From a virus: DNA of 64,000 nt. The DNA lies in IMG/VR virus record IMGVR_UViG_3300034418_009484, positions 28,393-92,392 of that record; one strand, written 5' to 3'. The notes below the pieces were generated by a model that was given only the letters and a program-made list of their open reading frames with translations, searched no databases and had not been told where the DNA came from. The position numbers and the translations under genes are program-made. Shown here piece after piece: positions 19,655 to 28,711 of the stretch. Numbering within the stretch: the first letter of the stretch is position 1; every line of letters begins with the position of its first letter.

Positions 19655-20037
19655 TCCTCTTCCTTTTCATTGTAGGGTAGTTCTATGTATGTTATGTTGT
19701 TTAACTCACACCATTCTTTCTTATCTGCATCGTTCTTCCTTTGATTTATAAAATCTTGCGCAGAAACATGAAACATACTATTAAATTTATAATGCTGCTG
19801 ACCGTGAACTTCAACAGCAAGTTTTACCTTATTGATATAGAAGTCCAAGTATTGGGTCTTTCCCGGCCTTGCATTAATTGGAACTTCTTCTAAAATCTGA
19901 ATGGTGGGGAAAAGACCATACAATATCCTTCTGGCATTGATATGAAGTTGTGATCTTCTTCTGCTGTCAGAAGCACTAACTATATCACCCCTCAGTTTCC
20001 AGTTAGAAGTATTGCCATATAAATCTTTTACTTTCAT
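19627..20037 (-). CDS. DUF559/Vsr-like endonuclease
   Basis: YLDFYI..AVEVHGQQHY, DADKKEWC. Confidence 0.75.
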   Translation of the reverse strand: MKVKDLYGNTSNWKLRGDIVSASDSRRRSQLHINARRILYGLFPTIQILEEVPINARPGKTQYLDFYINKVKLAVEVHGQQHYKFNSMFHVSAQDFINQRKNDADKKEWCELNNITYIELPYNEKEEEWLNRINHR

Positions 20038-21026
20038 CCCATTCCAATCATTTCAAAAACCTGCTGCCTAAGATCATTATAGTAGGATGGGTTATCTTCT
20101 AGATAAGTGGCAAAGTTAGACATTCCTTGAACCTTTTCGCCATTAGGAAGAGTAATCCAAGTCTTACCTTCGACAACGCCAAAGTCTTTAGCTAGCTCTG
20201 CAAGCTCATATTCATTCCAGATACCATGCCCGTATTTAATAATACTTGTAACCTTTTGTCCCGGCGCACCAATCGCAGAGTTTTCAACAATCCAGTTAAC
20301 CTTCTGGCCTATTTGTGTTTCTCCCTGCATGAGAGGTTGTTTGTGAGTAGCCCATAGTTTCACATCTTGAGCATATTTAAGTGCATTGCCTGACTTCTCT
20401 ACTTTAGTTTTACCTGCGCCAAACTTCTGGATATTAGCCATAAGATGAGTGATACCAACAAGCGTCACTCTATTAATTGGAAGTACGTTTGCAAATCTTC
20501 TAGTAAACTTGCTTAGATAACGATTCATTGCAGCAACCTGTGTATCTGTAATATCTGCAACCAATTCTGCTTCTGCTGCTAGTGCAGAGAACGAATCAAT
20601 AACACATACAGCATGAGGTTCATTATGAATAATGTTATCAAAGATACCTAGATACTTTTCACCAGAAAGAATATTTCCCTTTGTAGAACCAACAATTTTG
20701 AATAATTCTGATGAATAATCAAGTCCTCTAATACCTTCTAGGTCACGCTTCTTGAGCCTACCTTCAACATTTCCATAATAGATATTTCTATCTTTTTTAT
20801 TTTCTGTTTTCACATTTTGTGCATTTTTACAAAACTGTAAAGCATGTACAGTCTTACCAATTTTTTCTGGACCTGTCATGATAAACAGGCATCCTTCTGG
20901 CACTCCCCCACCTAAAGCAATATCAATTTTAGGACTAACTGAAATAATAGGCGGTGGATTTTCAACTATGTGAGATGCATCAAGAAGAACATCGCCGTAT
21001 TCTTTAATAATATCTGTTTGTGTCAT
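20034..21026 (-). CDS. recA: RecA/UvsX-family recombinase
   Basis: IDIALGGGVP, GPEKIGKT Walker A, VIDSFSAL Walker B, SGNALKY. Confidence 0.88.
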   Translation of the reverse strand: MTQTDIIKEYGDVLLDASHIVENPPPIISVSPKIDIALGGGVPEGCLFIMTGPEKIGKTVHALQFCKNAQNVKTENKKDRNIYYGNVEGRLKKRDLEGIRGLDYSSELFKIVGSTKGNILSGEKYLGIFDNIIHNEPHAVCVIDSFSALAAEAELVADITDTQVAAMNRYLSKFTRRFANVLPINRVTLVGITHLMANIQKFGAGKTKVEKSGNALKYAQDVKLWATHKQPLMQGETQIGQKVNWIVENSAIGAPGQKVTSIIKYGHGIWNEYELAELAKDFGVVEGKTWITLPNGEKVQGMSNFATYLEDNPSYYNDLRQQVFEMIGMG

Positions 21027-21457
21027 TCAAGATCCTCTAGTTTTGAAATAATAGATTTTTTCTTATTGTTACTTTCGTATGTTTCTTTCTCTGAGAAATC
21101 ATACTCTATTTTCTTTGCAATCTCTCTAGCAATGTCTTCTTTTGCTTTATATTCCTTAATAACATTTTCAAGAAATGGGTTTCTTAAAGAATAAGTTCTC
21201 CACATTCTTTTGTCTTTTAATGCTGCTATTATAGAATGTTCTCCATATTTTTTCAATAACTTATTAGCTAAAGTTATTTGATATTTATAGAATTTACGCC
21301 ATTCATTCAACTCCCAAAATTTTATTGGGAGTTCTTTTTTATCAATTTTCGCTTTCTTTTCACAGATTACTTCTGTAATATATTGCGCGGCGTGTACAAA
21401 CTTTTCTGGAGAATATCTAGAAGGATATTTACTTTTTTTAGTTTGTTTTTTACTCAT
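21023..21457 (-). CDS. Hypothetical protein
   Basis: 144-aa coupled ORF. Confidence 0.6.
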   Translation of the reverse strand: MSKKQTKKSKYPSRYSPEKFVHAAQYITEVICEKKAKIDKKELPIKFWELNEWRKFYKYQITLANKLLKKYGEHSIIAALKDKRMWRTYSLRNPFLENVIKEYKAKEDIAREIAKKIEYDFSEKETYESNNKKKSIISKLEDLE

Positions 21458-21815
21458 CTTCTGAAATAGTATGAATGTTCTTTTTTACATCTTTAGACAA
21501 CCTGAGAGAACGCATTTCATCTGATCTTGCAGATTCGTTTGGAGTCATGATAGTGACACCTTTATTTTTTTTACCCTCAGTTTCATGAACAAAATGAGTA
21601 CTAGTTTTATCTGCTTTTGCAAATCTTTTTTCATTTACAGCAGCATCTTGTTCAACAGTATTATTTTCATAAGGATCAATATTATCAGAATATTTTTTTA
21701 CTGTTCTAGAATCTCTTTTTAAAAAGACAGAAATTTCTTCAACAGATTTTCCCTCCATTACCATTTTTTCAATACAGTAAATTTCAATATCAGAGATTTT
21801 ATTTCCTTTAGTCAT
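21450..21815 (-). CDS. HTH-containing hypothetical protein
   Basis: EGKSVEEISVFLKRDSRTVKKY HTH. Confidence 0.55.
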   Translation of the reverse strand: MTKGNKISDIEIYCIEKMVMEGKSVEEISVFLKRDSRTVKKYSDNIDPYENNTVEQDAAVNEKRFAKADKTSTHFVHETEGKKNKGVTIMTPNESARSDEMRSLRLSKDVKKNIHTISEDE

Positions 21816-22216
21816 ACCACTTCCCTTTCTGCGTTATTAAGCCAAGCCGAATTTTTAGTTTTTAAATAATTTCTGTATAGATCAAAAACTTTTTTACTAG
21901 TAGGTTTTAATACCCATTCAGGTTTTCCAGCATGTCTCATTTGAGATTTCTGCTTTCCTTCACTATACATACCGATAGGATCATAAAGTTTTCCGTACTT
22001 TCCTCTTTTAACATAGTAGGTTACTTTTTTACCTTGTACAAGTTCTGCCGCAAATACATTATGAAGCATAAAGATATCCATATCGTCGTCTTCTTCTAAT
22101 TCTAATAAAGGAAATCCTGATTCATCTTCTGTTTCATGCATACCCCAAAAGGTATATGCTTTAATAGCAATATCCTTACTTTTATTATTCTTCGCATTAA
22201 TCTTAAATTCACTCAT
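21812..22216 (-). CDS. Hypothetical protein
   Basis: 134-aa coupled ORF. Confidence 0.6.
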   Translation of the reverse strand: MSEFKINAKNNKSKDIAIKAYTFWGMHETEDESGFPLLELEEDDDMDIFMLHNVFAAELVQGKKVTYYVKRGKYGKLYDPIGMYSEGKQKSQMRHAGKPEWVLKPTSKKVFDLYRNYLKTKNSAWLNNAEREVV

Positions 22217-22593
22217 TTATTTTTCCTTTTATTATCAATTTCTGTTTTTGAAAGTCTTTCTGAATTTTCATATCCCCCCATAGTCATTCCTTCTGGAAGT
22301 TTTTCTTCAAGAGTATTTCTCTTTTTAGTTTTAAAATCTTCTCTCATTCCTTCAACAGTTTGTTTTCCAAGTTTCTTACATCTTTTGTCTGCTAGTTCTC
22401 CCAAGGTCGTTGCTTCATGCATTCCTTTAATGTAGTTTGGAGTTATGTTATCTGCTAAAAAATCTCTATGAATTTTCTTGCTTTTACAGGATGGGCATTT
22501 TGATTTTTTTAATTCCGATTCATATTCTTTTACATGAAAAAACCTTTCAAATGTCCTATCGCATTTATCGCACCTAAAACTATACTCTGGCAT
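22213..22593 (-). CDS. FmdB-family zinc-ribbon protein
   Basis: MPEYSFRCDKC..FE..CPSCKS. Confidence 0.8.
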   Translation of the reverse strand: MPEYSFRCDKCDRTFERFFHVKEYESELKKSKCPSCKSKKIHRDFLADNITPNYIKGMHEATTLGELADKRCKKLGKQTVEGMREDFKTKKRNTLEEKLPEGMTMGGYENSERLSKTEIDNKRKNK

Positions 22594-22859
22594 TATTCTT
22601 CCTCTTGTTTATTCAAAAAATATTTTTTTATATCTAAGCATTTTTTACAATAAATTTTTGCTGTTCTTATTTCAATTCCGTCTTTTGAAAGCTTTAGCCT
22701 AAAACCCTCTTGATCTTTCCTATATCTTCCTTCGACTTCTACATCAGGTATTATAACCGTGACTTTATCGCTATTTTTTAACATTCTATTACAATTATCA
22801 CATTTTTTATATTCGTACATGTTGTATCCATAAAAAAACGCGCCCTTTATTAACGTCAT
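22593..22859 (-). CDS. Small Zn-finger protein (likely start at MYEYK, ~22820)
   Basis: CDNC..YCKKC; the annotated 5' extension overlaps a terminator-like hairpin. Confidence 0.6.
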   Translation of the reverse strand: MTLIKGAFFYGYNMYEYKKCDNCNRMLKNSDKVTVIIPDVEVEGRYRKDQEGFRLKLSKDGIEIRTAKIYCKKCLDIKKYFLNKQEEE

Positions 22860-22891
22860 TTTACCTGAGCAAAAGAGAGGTTAGGCGCGTG
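22832..22891 (-). terminator. Extended hairpin with U-tract (intrinsic terminator)
   Basis: Minus strand ACGCGCC...GGCGCGT followed by TTTTTT. Confidence 0.6.
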
Positions 22892-22893
22892 TG

Positions 22894-23106
22894 TTATTTG
22901 TCTATGTAAATTGAAATATCTTTTTTAAATTTAATTGAGTATCCCTTTTTGCCCTCAGAAAATTCAATTGAATCTGCTATAGAAGAAACTATTGGAATAA
23001 TCTTATCTAAAGTTTCTCTTGACATATTAATGTTTTCTAAAACCTTTTCGACAATTAAATCTGAAATCCAAGAGTTTCCATATTCTTCTTTGTCTTTTTC
23101 ACTCAT
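22894..23106 (-). CDS. Hypothetical protein
   Basis: 70-aa ORF ending the cassette. Confidence 0.55.
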   Translation of the reverse strand: MSEKDKEEYGNSWISDLIVEKVLENINMSRETLDKIIPIVSSIADSIEFSEGKKGYSIKFKKDISIYIDK

Positions 23107-23398
23107 CTTTTCTCAATAAATGCCAAACTTCATCTAATTTTTCACATGCATTATCTAAACCTGATTTTTTACACAGTCTGTAAAACTCTTCCCACTCCTT
23201 AACCAAATCTAGTATAGAAGGATCTTCTACAACTGGTGGAGGGACAACAGGTTTTTCTCTCTTGGTAAAATTTTTAAATAAATCCACAACTTGTGATAAA
23301 AAAGGTTTTAATGAAGGTAGAACTAAAATAAGACCACCTCCAAGTAATAGCATTATTACGGGATCTATACCCCTTATGTAATTAATAATTTCATTCAT
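23099..23398 (-). CDS. Single-pass membrane protein with Pro linker
   Basis: PVIMLLLGGGLILVLP TM segment; PVVPPPVV linker; CKKSG..AC. Confidence 0.65.
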   Translation of the reverse strand: MNEIINYIRGIDPVIMLLLGGGLILVLPSLKPFLSQVVDLFKNFTKREKPVVPPPVVEDPSILDLVKEWEEFYRLCKKSGLDNACEKLDEVWHLLRKDE

Positions 23399-23586
23399 TA
23401 TTTTGTTTCTCTAACTGTGTCACCAACGATCCATGCTATAACGATACTAACAACACTAAGCAAATGTTCTGTATCCAATGTTACTCCAAAAACTTCTGAT
23501 CCTACGACAGCAACCAAACCTATAGCAGCAGCCCAGAATCTTCTTGATTTTAATAATGATAAAAACTTAGTCATTTTTTTCTCCAA
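23398..23586 (-). CDS. Holin-like two-TM protein
   Basis: LLKSRRFWAA motif typical of small phage holins, two hydrophobic helices, basic C-terminus, MEKKM possible dual start. Confidence 0.6.
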   Translation of the reverse strand: MEKKMTKFLSLLKSRRFWAAAIGLVAVVGSEVFGVTLDTEHLLSVVSIVIAWIVGDTVRETK

Positions 23587-23914
23587 TTTGTTCGTTAACT
23601 AACATAAAAATATCTTTTTTATTTGTTTTATTGAAACTGTCTTTCAAAGAATCAAGTAAATACTCTCTTTCTTTTTTTCCTTTTAAATTTTTTCTAACAG
23701 ATCTCCATAAAGCGAACCTTGTAATTGGCCCCATTTTATTCAAAGCAGACGATGTTGACTCGGTGGTTCCATATATTTTATATAAAAATTTAATTACCTG
23801 CATAACAATATTGGCTACAGTTATAATAGTCAAAATGTCTAATGAATAATTTTCTTTTTTTGCATTTGATGCAGCTTTTTTAGAAACTAAAAAGCAAAAA
23901 TCTTCTAAATTCAT
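23567..23914 (-). CDS. Hypothetical membrane-associated protein
   Basis: DILTIITVANIVMQVIKFLY hydrophobic helix. Confidence 0.55.
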   Translation of the reverse strand: MNLEDFCFLVSKKAASNAKKENYSLDILTIITVANIVMQVIKFLYKIYGTTESTSSALNKMGPITRFALWRSVRKNLKGKKEREYLLDSLKDSFNKTNKKDIFMLVNEQIGEKND

Positions 23915-23917
23915 TTT

Positions 23918-24691
23918 CTACCTTCCAAATAGCCTACTAAAAATACTTCTTCTTGGTCTAATACAATTGCCAGAAGGACATGAACCACTTTGGTTTTGAA
24001 TATAAACTGGTTCAGTATAAATCACTTGAGAATAACCACATTTAGGATTATGATTACAGTCTTGTCCTGACTCTACACATGGACATGGACTTCTATGCCC
24101 GTCTCCATGTATAACATAACCCTTACCCTCACATATACACTCTTCTACTGGATTTGGAGGTACAGGATCATCATCGTCATCATTATTATAATCTTTAATT
24201 GCCTTTAATGTTTTTTCTTTATATTCCTCAAACACTGAATCATACTCTGGAATATACATTTTCCATGCAAAACCGTAAAATAAATCCTTTAATTTTTTTC
24301 TTTCTTCATTCGTTATTGGTTCACTCTCATCTTGCTTTCCAACAACTTTAGACATAATACCAGAAGCGGTAATAGACCACTCAGGATATTTACCACTATT
24401 TTCACCTTTAAGAACCTCATCACCCAAATACTTTAAGTAGTACTGAAGTTGTAAGTTTGTTTTTATATCTAATTCATCATACTGTTGCCACATAGCATAA
24501 AACATACCTGAATATTCAGCAGAGTCTCTATTGTCTATTTCATATAAAGATGAAACCAAATCTACTATTTCTTCACTAGGTTTTTGTAATTTATCTGGCA
24601 TAGGATTCTCTTTTTCATAAAAGGATAGGAATATAGCTAATCCAATCAATAAGCATCCTAAAATTAATTTGAAATTTAAATTCATGACCAA
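23918..24691 (-). CDS. Membrane-anchored/exported protein with Cys-rich C-terminus
   Basis: N-terminal TM; DPVPPNP linker; CICEGKG..HGDG..CPC; CPSGNC..RR..RLF tail. Confidence 0.65.
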   Translation of the reverse strand: MVMNLNFKLILGCLLIGLAIFLSFYEKENPMPDKLQKPSEEIVDLVSSLYEIDNRDSAEYSGMFYAMWQQYDELDIKTNLQLQYYLKYLGDEVLKGENSGKYPEWSITASGIMSKVVGKQDESEPITNEERKKLKDLFYGFAWKMYIPEYDSVFEEYKEKTLKAIKDYNNDDDDDPVPPNPVEECICEGKGYVIHGDGHRSPCPCVESGQDCNHNPKCGYSQVIYTEPVYIQNQSGSCPSGNCIRPRRSIFSRLFGR

Positions 24692-25611
24692 TCTCCTAAG
24701 CCATAATCAGGAAGTTGTTTAGCAGGAAAACCGTTTACATCACTAAATACAAAAGACCCTCTAGCGTTTAAAATAGCCCTAGCATCTTTCTCTCTAACCC
24801 AAAAACTTCCGTCAGGTTGCCCATGTCTCTTAGGACCACCGTTCCATTTTCCCCAGCTATTTTGAATTAAAAATAAAGTTTCATCATATATTTCTCTAGT
24901 ATCATCACAGGCTATCCAGGCCATTGCGTGCGCCCAAGATCCTTTTCTAACAGATATTCCATTTTTATCCCTAGAAGATGAAAATCCTACCATGCTACAA
25001 CAAGATAGGGCATAACCGTTAGCTAAAGCATCTCTAGCTTCTTCTACTGTACTCACCAACGAAATTGTTTTAACCTGATGTTTTCTTGCCTCTGTCTTGT
25101 AAATTTCATTCGGAATTCTTTTTTTTGCTCCTAAAGATGAATTATAATTTGATAAATTAACTAATTCATAATCTTTTCTTATTAAGATGCCTCCTTGCTG
25201 ATTTACATATTTAGCAGCACCAGAACAGGTCATTCCTTGACCCATATGACTTCTAGATTGATATATAGCCTCTGTAGCACCCCTAGCAATAAAATTTTCT
25301 GCCTGACCTTTAATATCAATTTCTACAGCCCTTGTGACATCAATAGCATTGCGAGTTGCATGAGATACGCAATCTCCAGTTGTTTGCCTTTCTGCTGGAC
25401 CAAAACCCTTATCAAATTTTAGTAACGATTTGAAAGGAAGGCTTAGTTTGCCCTCACCAGAAGAATCTAAATCATAAGCAGCAGCCCCAAATAAAGGGGA
25501 ACTTAATTCTGCCAATAATTGCTTTGTTTCTTCTGGGTCGCATTCTGCACCAACAAAACCATGTTCATACGCATCTACTAATTCTTTAGTATTTTTAAAT
25601 TTAGAAACCAT
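24682..25611 (-). CDS. Papain-like cysteine peptidase (C1 family)
   Basis: QTTGDCVSHA (Gln/Cys), AHAMAW (His), IQNSWG (Asn), DGSFWV. Confidence 0.88.
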   Translation of the reverse strand: MVSKFKNTKELVDAYEHGFVGAECDPEETKQLLAELSSPLFGAAAYDLDSSGEGKLSLPFKSLLKFDKGFGPAERQTTGDCVSHATRNAIDVTRAVEIDIKGQAENFIARGATEAIYQSRSHMGQGMTCSGAAKYVNQQGGILIRKDYELVNLSNYNSSLGAKKRIPNEIYKTEARKHQVKTISLVSTVEEARDALANGYALSCCSMVGFSSSRDKNGISVRKGSWAHAMAWIACDDTREIYDETLFLIQNSWGKWNGGPKRHGQPDGSFWVREKDARAILNARGSFVFSDVNGFPAKQLPDYGLGDWS

Positions 25612-25626
25612 AATATTAATACCTAT

Positions 25627-28137
25627 CTAACATTTGGACCAACCACATTTTGTACAAGTAACACATCCTTCCTGCCTAATCAATGAGTCTTGTTCACATT
25701 CTGGACAATATCCCTCTTCCTCTGATCCATCTGGTATATATTTTTTTAATGCTCTTGCCATACTCTTTGCAAAAGAATTCATATCTCCTTTTACTTTCTC
25801 TAATTGTTGAACAATCATTTGAGTATCTGCACCGCTTCTAAGTGCTGTAGAAGTCATTCTTGTCAAAGCATCTTCTTCTTCACTACAAGTTTGATTTATC
25901 GGAGAAAGCTCAAGACCATCTTCTAAGATTGCTTTATAAACACCTTTTGGACGACCTAGTTTTATGATTTTTCCGGTTTTAATTTTTTTGTCGATAAATC
26001 CATTTTTACCAGCAAACACCTCATATACCTGACCTTCATATAGCCCAACAAGAACAAAGTATTCTTCACCTTTTACTTTTATATGATAAACATCACATTT
26101 TAGTTCTTTTGGTCTTTCCTCTGGGAGTTTTTCTTCTTTATTATCAATAGAAGAATTAGCAGAAAGAACAGCAGTCATTGTTCCTGCTCTATAGGTCGTA
26201 AATCCTTTTATTCCTTTTTTCCATGCCTTATTGTAAACTTCTTTAAAGTCTTCATATGGATAATCATTTGGTAGATTGATTGTTTTAGAAATAGCTGAAT
26301 CAACCCAATTAGCAAATATTGACATTGTATTAACATGAGAATCAACATCAAGATCCATAGTGCAAGACGCCCAATTAGCATCAGCAGACCATTTTTTATT
26401 CCTCCTTAAATAAGATACACCATAATCTTCTATCCATTCTTCTTTTAAAAGACCTCTTGTACGATCAAATTTCCACACTTTCCCTTCAAATTCTGTTGCA
26501 AGAAGATTCTCATCCCCTTCTTTTACCCATTTCCAATCAGTATGAGGACTTCCATTATATTTTTCTAAATCAAATTTTTTATTTTCCCAGTCAACATTTT
26601 TAGGACTTGCCAAGCCATCTGGAACCGTTGGTTGAATAGATGTTCTAAAATATCCATGCATAAATAGAGGTTCAAGACCACCGCTGACTAAGTTTGCATA
26701 ACAAGAACTATTGCCAGTCGGCTGAATAGAAGTAACGTGTGAGTTTCTTATTCCATATTTTTTTATTAGTCCAACCGTATCAACATTTAAATTTTTAATA
26801 AATTCGCCATCAAGATACTTATCTTTATCGAATAGGGGAAAAGCTCCTTTTTCTTTAGCTAAAAATGAAGAAGCTTTGTATGCTTCATTTGTAAAAAACC
26901 TCATAAGATTTTCTGTCATTTCTAAAGCTTTCTTGCTTCCATACTTTACCCTAGCCATCATCAATGCTGAACCATACCCCATAACACCAAGACCTATTCT
27001 TCTTTTATCAATCAGATTTTTCTTTTGAGATTTTAGAGGAACATTTGTTTTGTCATTAACATTATCCATAAATCTTATCGCAATATGTATACATCTTTCT
27101 AACTCATCATATTTCCAGTCTTTATTTTCTGGATCAATAAAATGAACTAAATTAATAGACCCTAACAAACAAACACCCCCGATGGGTAATACCTGTTCAC
27201 CACATGGGTTTGTAGCATTAATATTTTCACAATAATGAAGATTGTTCATCTTGTTCATATTGTCAATAAAAAGAACCCCCGGTTCATTTCTATTATATGT
27301 ATTATCCATAATTAGATTCCACAAATCTCTTGCAGAATCAAAGGTGTGGTAGGGAACGCATGGAGATTTATCGCTTTCGTCACTAGCCTCTGCCAGTTTT
27401 ACCCATTTTTTAAGATCTCCATCCCATTCTTTTTTATAAAGATTTGGGTAATCTTCATAGTTTGGAAACCATAAAAACCATGCTTGGTCTTTTTTAACAG
27501 CTTCCATAAAATCATCTGTACATAAAACAGACATATTAAATTTAGATAACCGTCCTGGCGTTCTTTTTGCTTCAATATATTCAATAATATCTGGATGCCA
27601 GCAACTCATAGTTACCATTTGCGCACCCTTTCTGATAAAATTCTTTTGGTCTTTTCTTGACTTTTTGCTTGATCCTGCTGTAATAATCTCTGATGATTTG
27701 TCCCATAACTCTAAGAACTTTACAGAACCGGGAGACTGGTTTGCAATTCCTCCAATATGTGAACCGCAAGGACGCATTACATCTGCACAAAATCCATAGC
27801 CTCCTTCGCTTTTTAAAATTTGTGCTTGTTTAGTTAGTGTAGAATAAATACCTTCGATAGAATCCAGATCAGTACCTTCAAAACCGTCAACAAAACAATT
27901 AATATAAGTCGTTCCCTTTAATCCAGTTCCAGCATTGCTTGTAATTCTTCCGCCTGGAACAAATTTAAAATCTTCTAATATCTCATAAAACCTTTCTTCA
28001 TATTTTTCTTTTTCTACTTCAACTGATGCTAAGTCTTTCGCAACTCTTCTCCAAGTGTCTTCAATATTTTTATCATCTCCAAATTTATATTTCTGATACC
28101 ATGTTTCTTCTGAAAATGAATTTGTAAATCTTGACAT
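25627..28137 (-). CDS. nrdJ: Class II (adenosylcobalamin-dependent) ribonucleotide reductase with C-terminal TSCPD/Zn-ribbon region
   Basis: PGGRI, NCF, EPGVLFID, TNPCGEQ, CLLGSINL, RRIGLG, QPTG, ISKTINLP, CPEC..CTKCGWSKC; no class I beta gene nearby. Confidence 0.92.
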   Translation of the reverse strand: MSRFTNSFSEETWYQKYKFGDDKNIEDTWRRVAKDLASVEVEKEKYEERFYEILEDFKFVPGGRITSNAGTGLKGTTYINCFVDGFEGTDLDSIEGIYSTLTKQAQILKSEGGYGFCADVMRPCGSHIGGIANQSPGSVKFLELWDKSSEIITAGSSKKSRKDQKNFIRKGAQMVTMSCWHPDIIEYIEAKRTPGRLSKFNMSVLCTDDFMEAVKKDQAWFLWFPNYEDYPNLYKKEWDGDLKKWVKLAEASDESDKSPCVPYHTFDSARDLWNLIMDNTYNRNEPGVLFIDNMNKMNNLHYCENINATNPCGEQVLPIGGVCLLGSINLVHFIDPENKDWKYDELERCIHIAIRFMDNVNDKTNVPLKSQKKNLIDKRRIGLGVMGYGSALMMARVKYGSKKALEMTENLMRFFTNEAYKASSFLAKEKGAFPLFDKDKYLDGEFIKNLNVDTVGLIKKYGIRNSHVTSIQPTGNSSCYANLVSGGLEPLFMHGYFRTSIQPTVPDGLASPKNVDWENKKFDLEKYNGSPHTDWKWVKEGDENLLATEFEGKVWKFDRTRGLLKEEWIEDYGVSYLRRNKKWSADANWASCTMDLDVDSHVNTMSIFANWVDSAISKTINLPNDYPYEDFKEVYNKAWKKGIKGFTTYRAGTMTAVLSANSSIDNKEEKLPEERPKELKCDVYHIKVKGEEYFVLVGLYEGQVYEVFAGKNGFIDKKIKTGKIIKLGRPKGVYKAILEDGLELSPINQTCSEEEDALTRMTSTALRSGADTQMIVQQLEKVKGDMNSFAKSMARALKKYIPDGSEEEGYCPECEQDSLIRQEGCVTCTKCGWSKC

Positions 28138-28160
28138 TAAAATCCTACTCCTATGTACAT

Positions 28161-28197
28161 AAAATTAAAGACCCATCTCGTTTTTGCGAAATGGGTC
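28161..28197 (-). terminator. Intrinsic terminator/attenuator directly upstream of nrdJ
   Basis: GACCCATTTCG-CAAAAA-CGAGATGGGTC-TTTAATTTT on the minus strand. Confidence 0.75.
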
Positions 28198-28379
28198 GTA
28201 ATTATTTTTTAAAAAGCAACACATGGGTTAACTAAATATACAAGTAATTTATAATTGTTTAATATTGAGTTAATAACTTTTAATAATTGTTTACTTCTAG
28301 TATTTAGCTTAATAATATTAGTCGAGATGTGTTGCTTTAACCTAATGTAAAAATTACAACTAAGCTTAATTTCTCGACC
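28161..28379 (-). ncRNA. Structured leader RNA (candidate riboswitch/attenuator)
   Basis: P1 28372-28379 with 28320-28327; 12-bp pseudoknot 28327-28338 with 28213-28224; further stems; starts 7 nt after TATAAT and ends in a terminator. Confidence 0.6.
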
Positions 28380-28385
28380 ATTATT

Positions 28386-28395
28386 ATTATACACC
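28386..28395 (-). promoter_or_regulatory. Putative promoter GGTGTATAAT (-10 box)
   Basis: Perfect TATAAT 6 nt before the first G of the leader RNA; GGTGTA core recurs at other gene boundaries. Confidence 0.6.
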
Positions 28396-28426
28396 TTGAA
28401 ATTTGTAATAGATTATTTAAATTTTA

Positions 28427-28639
28427 TTATCCGTATTTTTTTACGTTCTTATGAACGCAGTCACAATATGTTAAATTTTCAATTAATTTTTCATTCTTTT
28501 TAATTGTGCCATTTAAACTTGTATAGGTTTTATTTATTCCTCTACCTAGACATTTCTTACATTTAGAAGAAGCATACATATCTGCAACATCATAATCTAT
28601 TGTAGTTGTGTATGTAAAGCCTTTTGATTTATTTTTCAT
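28427..28639 (-). CDS. Small Zn-finger protein
   Basis: CKKCLGRG..YCDC; GGAG RBS. Confidence 0.65.
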   Translation of the reverse strand: MKNKSKGFTYTTTIDYDVADMYASSKCKKCLGRGINKTYTSLNGTIKKNEKLIENLTYCDCVHKNVKKYG

Positions 28640-28651
28640 TTATATCTCCAC

Positions 28652-28687
28652 AAAAAAAGCGAGGTGCAACATTTAATTGTACCTCGC
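28652..28687 (-). terminator. Intrinsic terminator
   Basis: GCGAGGTACAA-loop-TTGCACCTCGC-TTTTTTT on the minus strand. Confidence 0.85.
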
Positions 28688-28711
28688 GATTCGTTAAATT
28701 ATAAGAAAAAA

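Noticed and set aside
27399-27790. Nested minus-strand ORFs inside nrdJ (and similar ones at 36194, 43084, 47299, 49605, 57102)
   Set aside because: Short alternate-frame ORFs inside conserved genes, without motifs.
28161-28379. Canonical cobalamin riboswitch
   Set aside because: The conserved GGGAA and B12-box elements are not visible; kept only as an unclassified structured leader.
28209-28394. 61-aa minus-strand ORF in the track
   Set aside because: Its GTG start lies in the promoter motif, there is no RBS, and it overlaps the structured RNA; probably spurious.
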